This document shows, one piece after another, positions 38,091 through 48,965 of a DNA stretch of 58,529 bases. The position numbers were made by a program, and so were the translations under genes. The notes under the pieces were generated by a model, which was not told the origin of the DNA, made no database searches, and saw only the letters and a program-made list of their open reading frames with translations. The stretch is taken from assembly GCF_001194135.2 (NCBI RefSeq), contig NC_068988.1, forward strand, positions 18,353,381 through 18,411,909. The letters run 5' to 3'. Position 1 is the first letter of the stretch, and each line of letters begins with the position of its first letter. This stretch comes from Octopus bimaculoides (Eukaryota).

Positions 38091-41000
38091 GAACATCGAG
38101 CATGATAATACAGATAACAATGACAATATTCATAATGCATGTTAAATGAAGTAAATGAATTTATTAAAATATTCTATAAGTTATGCATAGTAACATTCTA
38201 TTGATAGAAACAGTCAACATCTTTCAAAAAATAGGATTTTAAGAAAAATATTCAATAGACAATGTTTAAAGCTCTTTAATTGAAATGAAGAATTATTTTT
38301 GTAATGCTTTATATTTTCTATTGCTTGTGTTTATATTAAAGTTATCATATAGTTCAATATTGCTTTTACATTTTAAAACTAAATGTATTTGTAAGAGAGA
38401 AAAATGCTAATGAATTTTATGTCCATTCAATCATATATCCTTTAAAGATATATCTTATGAAACAATTATCAAATATTTTCTAGTTGATCTGTCGATGGCT
38501 GGGTTGACAGTTAACATCCCATTATTTCTGCTGTTTTATATATCAGATGAAGGCACTTAACTCTTAGTGGCTTTGTTTACATAGCTTAAGTGGGTACTAT
38601 AAGTTAGAACAACAGCTCACTGCAGTAGCAACAATAGAATTATGTGGTTAACACATATTTTAAGCAAGGACAAAATTGATTTTATATTTAAGAGATGAGG
38701 ATTTGTTCTAAAAAACAAAACTGATTTGTTCTAAAATCCCCTCAAAAACTCTTCAGGAATATCTCAATGAGTCGCTAGTTTATGGGACTCACCAAAATCA
38801 CAATGAACATATGAAATTTAAAATTTTGAATATGATCTCTAATTTTGTTATCCCATTGTGAAGTTAACATCTATAATTAGGAAAAAATTTTTGTAACTTT
38901 CCTGGTGTAAAGTTTTCATTCTGTCGGACTTCAAAAGCAAATACTTTTTGCAAATATCTTATCTTTTGCACATTAATTTTATAGAACTCTATACTGTTAA
39001 AAATTGGATGATTAAAAATCCATGTTTATTTATTTATTACTTTCTGCATATTTTTATGTCAAATATTAATAGTTTCATATTTTGGCTCAAGGCCAGCTAT
39101 TTTAGGGGAGGGGTAATTTGATTGCATCATTCCAGTTCTCAATTGGCACTTATATTATTGACCCCCAAAAGGATGAAAGGCTAAAATTTGAGATTATGAG
39201 ATTGAAACATTTTGATTCTCATAGTTCTTTTTCTTCAATTTGGAGAAATTGGTGATAGTTTATTTGTTCAAATTAACCATTTAAATTTATACTAGTCTAA
39301 TGCCTTAATTTAAATCATTACTTACAGAAATAAATTTTTATTAGTGATGTATCTCAAAGTGAATTCATCTATATATAACTTATTTTACAAACCTTGGCAT
39401 CCAAGGGGTTTGCAACCCAATGCATCATTAACTATTAATTTAGTTTGTGACATATTATTAACAAAAACTTATTTATATATTTTTTTATGCATCTACATTT
39501 TTGAATTTTTAATATAAACAAACTTTCTTACTTCTAAGATTAAATCATTTAATTTGATGGGGAAAGGTTAGAAGGTTGCTTTAATTTGACTGGTAGCACA
39601 CCTATCTAAGTTACAGAAGGTGTATAGTTCATGTTTGCTTTTTCATTCAAGGAATTTTTAAGCTAATATATTACAAGCTATTATTTATTGCTGAATTTAT
39701 TTCCAAATTCATTGTTAACCAAAGATTATTTACATTTCTCTTTTGTGTTTGCATTTGCATTCTAAATATTAATTATTTTAAAGTGGTAATTATTTATTTA
39801 TGTGTATATGCCACTAATCCCTATTGAGAGTATATTTGATACATCAGATAAAGATCTTCTTTGATAAATTCATTTGAAATTTAAAACTGTCTACATAACA
39901 GTGATGTTATTTCTGAATCTGACAGAGGAAAATCTTACAGTATATTTTGCTAAATCTGTATTGTAAATCCTCAGAAGAATTCAATGCATTTAAGATTTTA
40001 AAATGTCTTATATGTTCCTTATTTTTAAATTGATCTTATTCTTCTTTCTACAAATCAGTAAAATTCTTCAGTAAAAAATCCAGTGAGATTAGAAGTGATT
40101 AGCAGTTGATTTTGATATGTCTACCATGGATGTATCTCTCTCAAATTCAGATCTACACGTTTATCATTCACAGTGTTCAATAAATCCAAGTAATAATTTA
40201 AAATTACAATAAGTAAAGGTTTGTTGATAAATATTACAATATTACTGATGTATGCAACCAGATGGTAATACATTTAAGGTCTTCTAATCCAAATGTTTTA
40301 CTTGATATAATATTCACTTCCGATACATGCAAGGCTAAGAACTAGCTCTGATCAGCTTTACTCTCTTGCTATGAGGAATTATATCAAAACGTCTTAGCAG
40401 ATTGTCATTCCTTGACAAATTTCAATAGTTTTGTGCATTATAAAAGCTTTATCAGGTATACCTATATATTTTGTTGCTTTGCCAAATTTGATGACAGCAT
40501 TCAAATATAAAATAAGAATAAATAAAATTGAAAATGTTGACACCCACAAAAAATTTATATTGTAAGCAGAGTATAATGTTACATATATAAGCATTTCAAA
40601 GTATAAAATCAGTTGGATATTACAAGAGAAGGGAAGATTAGATATGGGTTTTTCAGAATAAGTTACCAAATGACAAGTGAAATTTTTACCATGAGAAATA
40701 AGTATATTTGAAATATATTAAATGTAACTTGCTATGGGATTCAATTAGGAGATTAAAAATGAAACATAGTGAAAAATATATTACAAATGTTTTGTATGGA
40801 CTTAGTTTTTTAATGTTTTTATATCTTTTAAATGGTTTCTGAAACATGAGTTATTTACTTGAATATAATGCATGTTGGAAGACTTTCTGACTTTGTCTAC
40901 TCAACTTTAACCTAGAAATAATGACTATTCTATTAGATTAATGTACTTTATCCAACAAAGCAAAAATATCAGTAATCAGGACATAGTTTTAACTCAGCAT

Positions 41001-41263
41001 AGATTTAATTCAACAATGATAAATACTAAAATAATTTATATTTTTTAAAATTTGTACTCTTGAAAATATTTCTAAAATAATTAGGCAAAGCTAAGTACAA
41101 AATTTCTGCAAAAAATAAGAATAGAATGGCCACAAACTTGGTTCCTTTCCCTATGAGTAAACACTAATGTAATGTATTGCCTAATGAATAAAAGAATCAT
41201 TTATTACATAAAATTAATCCAAGTATATATATATATATAGATAGCTAGATATACATACATACA

Positions 41264-41294
<31 letters not shown>

Positions 41295-41484
41295 GTGTGT
41301 GTGTGTATATAGGTCTCCATCAGTCAGAACTGACTACTTAACTTGTGTGTGTGCAGACCTGGGCAACTAAATTTTTATTGAAGACTGGCAGTTTTCCCTA
41401 CTCCATCAATGTTGTATAAAAGAAAAGCTGCCATTTTGCAAGGATCAGCTGAAAAGCTCATAAGCTGACCAAGACACTCACATG

Positions 41485-42222
41485 GTATGTGACCAAATGA
41501 GATATATTTTTCAGCCTAGTTCTCCTTATGATCCACACACTTTTTTCCATTGGTGTTACAATACTTGGATCCCATTGGTGAAGATGCTTTCATTCTGTTG
41601 CTCAAAAAGGTCAACAGCAGATATGACATGATTATCACTGTGATGTGGAGGCGCAATGGCCCAGTGGTTAAGGCAGCAGACTTGCGGTCATAGGATCACA
41701 GTTTCGATTCCCAGACCGGGCGGTGTGAGTGTTTATTGAGCAAAAACACCTAAAGCTCCACAAGGCTCTGGCAGGGGGTGGTGGTGAACCCTGCTGTACT
41801 CTTTCACCACAACTTTCTCTCACTCTTACTTCCTGTTTCTGTTGTGCCTGTAATTCAAAGGGTCAGCTTTGTCACACTGTGTCACGCTGAATATCCCCGA
41901 GAACTATGTTAAGGGTACATGTGTCTGTGGAGTGCTCAGCCACTTGCACATTAATTTCACGAGCAGGCTGTTCCGTTGATTGGATCAACTGAAACCCTCG
42001 ACGTCGTAAGCGACGGAGTGCCAACAACAATCACTGTGATACTGATTCCCAGCCAAGTGTTTTTTCATGTCGGGGAATAGATGATAATCAGATGAGGCCA
42101 AGCTAGAAGAATAGCTGATCAACCAGTTCAAAATCACAATTATGCACAGTAGCCATTGAAACTAAGAACATGTATGTTGCAGCATTGTCCTAATGAAACA
42201 AGACCCTTTCATCAGTTTTCCT
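41485..42222 (-). mobile_element. mariner (DD34D) transposase C-terminal remnant, interrupted by a family B SINE
   Basis: Minus translation GKLMKGVLFH*DNAA...SMATVHNCDFELVD...LASSDYHLFPDMKKHLAGNQYHS|SINE|DNHVISAVD..EQQNESIFTNGIQ..HQWKKCVD contains the HxDNA and SPDLAPSDY-like motifs. Confidence 0.88.
41645..42029 (+). mobile_element. tRNA-derived SINE, family B, full length with 11-bp TSD
   Basis: GTGGAGGCGCAATGGCCCAGTGGTTAAGG...GTTTCGATTCCCAGACCGGG...CCAACAACA. The TSD ATCACTGTGAT is at 41634-41644 and 42030-42040. Confidence 0.93.
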
Positions 42223-42467
42223 AATTAAGCTTAGCACCAATGACATTTCAAGCACTGCTGTCACTTACTAATTGGTGGAACAAATACCACAAGGCATTTT
42301 GTCAGGAACTCTAACAATTCTACTAAGTCACCTCCTGTGATGAATTATATCCAACACTCTGACAACACAACCAATGTTGATGTCTTAATCTGATATAACA
42401 ATTCAGAAAATATATAATTTGGTTTTGAATTTCAAAAGTCTAGTATGTGATTAATATTTAAAAGCAT

Positions 42468-42680
42468 CAGGTGGTGAGTTGGCAGAAGTGTTACTGCACT
42501 GGAAAAAAATGCATAGCAGTATTTTCTCTGTCTTTACAATCTGAGTTCAAATACTGCCAAGGTTGACTTTGCCTTTCATCCCTTTGAAGTTGATAAATTA
42601 GGCTCCAGTTGAGCACTGGGGTCAATGTAATCGATTTACCCCCTCCCCGAAATTGCTGGCCTTGTGCCAAAATTTGAAAC
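42468..42680 (+). mobile_element. Family C SINE
   Basis: Homologous to 17023-17225 and flanked by repeated atatttaaaagcatca, a probable TSD. Confidence 0.85.
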
Positions 42681-42875
42681 CAATATTTAAAAGCATCACT
42701 TTAAAAATAAACAATTTTTAACATATAAGAATTATGTTGAGACTCATGTGGAGTACAATATCTGGCTTGGAACATAATTGATGCGAAAATAAATATTTCT
42801 GTACATATGCTAAACATGTGATGAAATGAGATTAATAAATTCATGTAATAAAAGGTTTTAGCAGATGTTAATTAA

Positions 42876-43084
42876 CCCTTTACCATAAAAACCGACCATA
42901 TCTGGCCAAAATATTCTACTTGTTTTATATTCAAACTAGCCAGATCCAACCTCTCATACCTACCCAACAATATAATTCTAAAAATTAACAGTTACTTCAT
43001 CAAAATCTCAAAGCTACAAGACATGCATGATTGATTTAAATAAATAAGCATTACTTTTGGCTGAATAATGTGAATGCTAAAGGG
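42876..43084. mobile_element. piggyBac-like non-autonomous element
   Basis: Termini TTAA-CCCTTTA ... TAAAGGG-CTAA (TTAA-type target, CCC/GGG ends). Confidence 0.65.
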
Positions 43085-44159
43085 CTAAATACATTTTTCT
43101 AAACTGAGCATTAAGCAATAAGAGATAGAATTTCTTCTCATAAATGACACAGCTCTCTGCAGAATCAATTTAAAAAGCAACCTATAAAAGTCAAAACTGA
43201 GGAATCAGTTAAAAATATGCTAGAGGGTTAATGTTATCAAAATGGATCTAATTGGATGAATTTCTTGGGTAACAGATGTAAGTTTCTTGTAAGTAAAAGA
43301 ATGACTGAATCAATTCTCTTGATCAGTATCAGCCATATTAGTTGTCTGAATTCATATTTTAGTCCTTATAAAAGCCAGTTTTGCAATACATATTAAAATA
43401 CATTTTTGTTTAGTAAATTATTTTGTGTAGGGTTAGGTAGGTCATTCAGACATAGAAAACATGCCAAAACTGACATTGAAGCTTGGTGCTACTCTGCAGC
43501 TTGTTGCATTCTGTCAACATGGAAAACGAATTTTAAATGATGATGAGGAGGAAGAGGAGGAGGAGGAGAATATAGATATTATTTTAGTATGTTATGGCCT
43601 ATTTTTGTAATAAAATTATTGAATTTTCATTTTTGTAAAAATTAATAATTTCAAATTTCACCGCATAAAATTAAATTATTGGTATTTCTTAGTAATAATT
43701 GAGAAAAATACAATTTTCAATTCATTTCAAACATATAAACAGTTGTTTACACTTTAATATCTTACACTGCATTTGCAGATAAAGCAATCTTAATGATTTA
43801 AAAATTAGTTTCAAAAACTCATAAAAATTATATACAAATATAATTCTTCTGAAAATCACTGAAATTACTTTCAAAATATTTTAGTGTTAATTTCAGCATT
43901 TAGTTCATCTGAAAATATTTAATGAAAATGATATTACTATGTTCAAAATTAAAATTAAAAATATAGCATCTTAAGGTGACTTGCAAATCAGAATATGTTA
44001 ATTCTAAATATGAAAAATATGTATATTACTCTGAAACAAATAAATATAGTCTTAAACTAATTGGCTAGTGGTGGTCTGCATGCATGCTTCGTATACTGCA
44101 AGATGAAATAGAAACTACAACTAGCGCCCCTCACCTTGACAATTTCCCATTTTGAGCAG

Positions 44160-44670
44160 CTGTCTGGCTTCCGTGCCGGTGGCACGTAAATAGCACCAGC
44201 ATGATCGTTACCAACGTCGCCTTCCTGGCACTTGTGCCAGAGGCACGTGAAAAGACATTCGAGCGAGATTGTTGTTAGTGCCGATGGATTGGCTCCTGTG
44301 CAGGTGACACGTAAAATACACCATTTTGAGCATGGCCTTTGTCAGTAAGACATTCAAGGGAGATAGTTGCCAGTGCTGATGGACTGGTTCCTGTGCAGGT
44401 GGCACATAAAATACACCATTTCGAGTGTGGTGAGTAGGACATTCAAGCGAGATAGTTGCCAGTACCGCCTGACTGGCCCTCGTGCTGGTGGCACGTAAAA
44501 GCACCCACTACACTCTCGGAGTGGTTGGCGTTAGGAAGGGCATCCAGCTGTAGAAACTCTGCCAAATCAGAATGGAGCCTGGTATCACCTCCTGGTTTAC
44601 CAGTTCTCAGTCAAATCATCCAACCCATGCTAGCATGGAAAGCGGACGCTAAACGATGATGATGATGATT
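44160..44670 (+). mobile_element. Family D element, longer copy with several internal repeat units
   Basis: Repeated GTTGCCAGTG..GACTGG..CCTGTGCAGGTGGCAC units and an (ATG)n tail at about 44656-44668. Confidence 0.88.
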
Positions 44671-44884
44671 CTTTTATCTGTTTCAGTCATTGGATTGCAG
44701 CCATGCTGGAATACCAACTGCAAGGCTTTTAGTCAATCAAACCAGCCCTAGTGGTTATATTTTTTAAAACCAGTACTTTTTCTATCAGTCTCCTTTTTGT
44801 TGATTTGCTAAGTCATGTTGACATAAACAAACCAATACCAGTTGTCAAGCAGTGAGACACAAACACAAACAATCACATCTGTAC

Positions 44885-45088
44885 ATCATCATCATCATCA
44901 TCATCATCATCGTTTAACGTCCGCTTTCCATGCTAGCATGGGTTGGACGATTTGACTGAGGACTGGTGAAACCGGATGGCAACACCAGGCTCCAGTCTGA
45001 TTTGGCAGAGTTTCTACAGCTGGATGCCCTTCCTAACGCCAACCACTCAGAGAGTGTAGTGGGTGCTTTTACGTGTCACCCGCACGAA
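44885..45088 (-). mobile_element. Family D element, runs into a gap
   Basis: Essentially identical to 15197-15397 and in inverted orientation to 44160-44670. Confidence 0.9.
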
Positions 45089-45282
45089 NNNNNNNNNNNN
45101 NNNNNNNNNNNNNNNNNNNNNNNNNNNNNNNNNNNNNNNNNNNNNNNNNNNNNNNNNNNNNNNNNNNNNNNNNNNNNNNNNNNNNNNNNNNNNNNNNNNN
45201 NNNNNNNNNNNNNNNNNNNNNNNNNNNNNNNNNNNNNNNNNNNNNNNNNNNNNNNNNNNNNNNNNNNNNNNNNNNNNNNNNN

Positions 45283-45318
<36 letters not shown>

Positions 45319-45323
45319 CGTGC

Positions 45324-45366
<43 letters not shown>

Positions 45367-46337
45367 AGAAAGGAAGGAAGAGAGAGAGACATACAACAGG
45401 CATTTGTTCAGTTCTCATCTACCAAATTCACTCACCAGCTTTTAGAAGATGACACTTGATCAAGGTGCCACACACTGTAGTTGAACCCCAAATCACATTA
45501 TTGCAAAGTGAACTTCTTAACCATACAGCCAAGTATTGACCTATATACCTATATAATGTGTGAATTCTTTAATTTTTGAATATACATGATATCTTAAGGC
45601 AAATACTTATTTTATTATTTCAGTAGTTTCATATTTAAGACTGAAATTTATTTTTATAACATTCTTTCATTATTGTAAATTTTTTCTTGATCATATTCTT
45701 CATGACAAAACTACATTCTTTTAATTTTTTTGTATTCATATTTATAATACAAAAGCATTTTAAATTATATTATTATTCTTACTGTCTCCATCACTGTTAT
45801 AGAAAACCATCACTGATATAGAAAGAAAAAAACCCTCATGATATAGATTTGTGGTGTGTCATCTAACAGACACTAAGATGACACTAAGCAATATATAACA
45901 ATATTTTTATCCACTCTTATATAATGATTGTTCAGTCATATGATATTTCCTCTCTTCCTTCCAAATAACTTGTCATCAGCTATTTGCATTTTGTTATAAA
46001 GCAAATATTAGTGCCAGTGACATGAAGCAATGGTGGCACTGCTGATATAGCAGCAGTAGCAGAGGACCACTGGCAGAGTTCTATCACTTGTAGCTATAGC
46101 AACTTGGCTTTTGTTCTGAAAACATGGTTGGAATTGGAAAGGTTTCAGACTGCAACATATAAAATCATCTGATATAGAAATAGCTCTAATGTAGAAGTAG
46201 TTGTCACGGTACATTATTATTATTAGTAGCTACATCAATAATGATAGAATTGTAACAAAAGCACTGCTTTGAAAAATTGGCTTAATTCACTTAAAGATGC
46301 ACACAAGCATTTTAGATAGATTTATTAATGTGTGTGT

Positions 46338-46381
<44 letters not shown>

Positions 46382-47193
46382 ATAAAGAAAACAATGTTGC
46401 TGCAAAGATTCAACTATGTCAGCAAGTAATAAAAATAAGCCTTAGAATTAAATTAATTTTTTTGTTTGATAAATATCTTTTATATTTAATTATTTACTGC
46501 TTTGTTTATTTGTTTTATATGTTATATGTTGAACACAAACAAGTAGGCCAACTCTTTTNNNNNNNNNNNNNNNNNNNNNNNNNNNNNNNNNNNNNNNNNN
46601 NNNNNNNNNNNNNNNNNNNNNNNNNNNNNNNNNNNNNNNNNNNNNNNNNNNNNNNNNNNNNNNNNNNNNNNNNNNNNNNNNNNNNNNNNNNNNNNNNNNN
46701 NNNNNNNNNNNNNNNNNNNNNNNNNNNNNNNNNNNNNNNNNNNNNNNNNNNNNNNNNNNNNNNNNNNNNNNNNNNNNNNNNNNNNNNNNNNNNNNNNNNN
46801 NNNNNNNNNNNNNNNNNNNNNNNNNNNNNNNNNNNNNNNNNNNNNNNNNNNNNNNNNNNNNNNNNNNNNNNNNNNNNNNNNNNNNNNNNNNNNNNNNNNN
46901 NNNNNNNNNNNNNNNNNNNNNNNNNNNNNNNNNNNNNNNNNNNNNNNNNNNNNNNNNNNNNNNNNNNNNNNNNNNNNNNNNNNNNNNNNNNNNNNNNNNN
47001 NNNNNNNNNNNNNNNNNNNNNNNNNNNNNNNNNNNNNNNNNNNNNNNNNNNNNNNNNNNNNNNNNNNNNNNNNNNNNNNNNNNNNNNNNNNNNNNNNNNN
47101 NNNNNNNNNNNNNNNNNNNNNNNNNNNNNNNNNNNNNNNNNNNNNNNNNNNNNNNNNNNNNNNNNNNNNNNNNNNNNNNNNNNNNNNNNNNNN

Positions 47194-47520
47194 ATGGCCA
47201 CGCTCAAAATGGTGCATCTCATGTGCCACCCGCACAAGAACCAGTCCAGGGGCACTGGCAACGATCTTACTTGGCTTGCCGGGTCTTCTCACGCACAGCA
47301 CATTTCATATATAATTATGTGGAGAATGGAGAAACAAACACAGCGGTATTTCGTCTGCTGCTATGTTCTGAGTTCAAATTCCACCAAGGTTGACTTTGCC
47401 TTTCATCCTTTCAGGGGTTGATTAAATAAGTACCAGTTATGCACTGGGGTCGATATAATCGACTTAATCCGTTTGTTTCTCTTTGTTTGTCCCCTCTATG
47501 TTTAGCCCCTTGTGGGCAGT
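47194..47520. mobile_element. Family D internal repeat fragment (-) followed by a 5'-truncated family C SINE (+, 47340-47520)
   Basis: gtgccacccgcacaagaaccagtccaggggcactggcaacgatc, then gttctgagttcaaattcc...cctttcatcctttcaggggttga. Confidence 0.75.
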
Positions 47521-47530
47521 AAACAAATAA

Positions 47531-47844
47531 AGTTGGTGTATGACTTCTGTCTTCTGAGTACTGAATGTGAGGCCGAAGTTTTTGCAAGCAGAAGAAAAGC
47601 AGTTCATGCTCTATTTCACTTGGGCCCGTGTGGTAGCACTGAGTGTGTAGTTGTCTGCAAACACAAAGGCATTCACTGAGTCTTCTTTCACCTTGGTCTT
47701 GGCTTGTAGCCTCCACAGGTTCAAGAAGATGCCATCAGTCCTGAATCTGATCTTGGTGTTGGTTTTGCTGGTGTTCCGTAAGGCATCTGACAGCATGGCT
47801 GAGAACAGCATGCTGAAAAGTGTAGGTGCAAGTACACAGCCCTG
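47531..47844 (-). mobile_element. RTE-clade LINE reverse transcriptase fragment (conserved RT core incl. the F/YADD-like motif)
   Basis: QGCVLAPTLFSMLFSAMLSDA...IRFRTDGIFLNLWRLQAKTKVKE..VNAFVFADNYTL...SMNCFSSACKNFGLTFSTQKTEVIHQ. This is the classic RTE RT sequence, with one in-frame stop. Confidence 0.92.
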
Positions 47845-47856
47845 TATACATGTTTT

Positions 47857-47893
<37 letters not shown>

Positions 47894-47980
47894 ATATGTG
47901 TGCATATGCATTTATGTACATACATGTGTGTGTCTGTATATACATATGCACATATATATATATATATATGTATATATATG

Positions 47981-48011
<31 letters not shown>

Positions 48012-48491
48012 ATGTATACATATATATATATATATATATGTACATACACACTCACACACATACACACACACAAAGGGTTTCCATACAGATTCCATCGACC
48101 AAATTCCACTCACAAGGTATTGGCCAAGCCATATCTAAGAAAGAAGACACTTGCCCCAGGTGCTTAACAGTAGAATTCTTTTATATACTTATATTTATTT
48201 AGGGATTCTCTCTCTCTTTTATCTTTTAATATTTTTTTCTAATTTAACAACCAGTGAATAAATATCCAATTAGAACTGATTATTGTGTATGTCTATGTGT
48301 GTACGTGTGTACGTGTGTACATGCATATATATATATATATATATAATTTATATAAGGGCATTACTATATAGTAATGCCTCACGATTAGAGGGACTAAATA
48401 AGTCAAAACTACCAAAAAATAAGCACATATTTACCGAAAGCGAGGGAATGCAACTTTCAAACAATTAACCTCCTAAAAAACATTTAACTTA

Positions 48492-48562
48492 ACGGCAAAC
48501 CACTGGTTTCATAATTAATGCAGCAATGTAGTAAGCTGCATCTTTTATTCATCAGTGCACGT
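48492..48562 (-). ncRNA. Minimal type-I hammerhead ribozyme with intact catalytic core
   Basis: ACGUGCA-CUGAUGA-AUAA(AA)GAUGCAGC[UUACUACAUU]GCUGCAUU(AA)UUAU-GAAA-CCAGUGG-UU-UGCCGU. All core nucleotides are present, and the GUU site would cut between 48498 and 48497. Confidence 0.8.
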
Positions 48563-48586
48563 ATGGTCGAGACACATAAAATATAA

Positions 48587-48628
<42 letters not shown>

Positions 48629-48679
48629 AGGTGTCTTATTCACAATTTACAACCAAAAGGCAGAAGTATAGACATCACT

Positions 48680-48817
48680 AAAGTGGCTAAGGGTACAGTT
48701 ACCACCAGCATTGCTAGAAATAAGAATGAAAACAACTCTTAGCCATGAGAAAACGCTGAGTTGTTTTGATTCTTATTTCTAGTAATGCTGGTGTTAACTA
48801 GTACCCTGAGTAACTTT
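48680..48817. repeat. Near-perfect long hairpin (core 48691-48806, ~52-bp arms, ~11-nt loop)
   Basis: GGGTAC-AGTTACCACCAGCATTGCTAGAAATAAGAATGAAAACAACTCTTAGC versus the reverse complement of the right arm, GGGTACTAGTTAACACCAGCATTACTAGAAATAAGAATCAAAACAACTC--AGC. Confidence 0.92.
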
Positions 48818-48876
48818 ATATACTTGGAAATATATATATTAATGGAGTTAAACACAGGTGTTATTCAAATTCTTTT

Positions 48877-48965
48877 ACTTCCGACACATGTTTCGAAGAC
48901 ATCACTGGTATTATTCCAAAGGAATGAAATCGTGTAAAACAATGTAATCTTCTCTTCAAGGAAAT
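48877..48965 (-). ncRNA. Minimal type-I hammerhead motif with C3U variant, in a Penelope-like terminal repeat (~48830-49230)
   Basis: AUUUCC-UUGAAGA-GAAGAU...GUCUUC-GAAA-C-AUGU-GUC-GGAAGU. Stem I is 6 bp, helix III carries the palindrome ACAUGU, and the GUC site would cut between 48883 and 48882. Confidence 0.7.

Noticed and set aside
41645-41720. tRNA-like sequence with A and B boxes
   Set aside because: It is the head of a SINE with body, tail and TSD, not a tRNA gene. The same applies to all family A, B and C heads.
44121-44135. CTAGCGCCCCTCACC, a partial CTCF-like motif
   Set aside because: Only about half of the motif matches, which is not distinguishable from chance.
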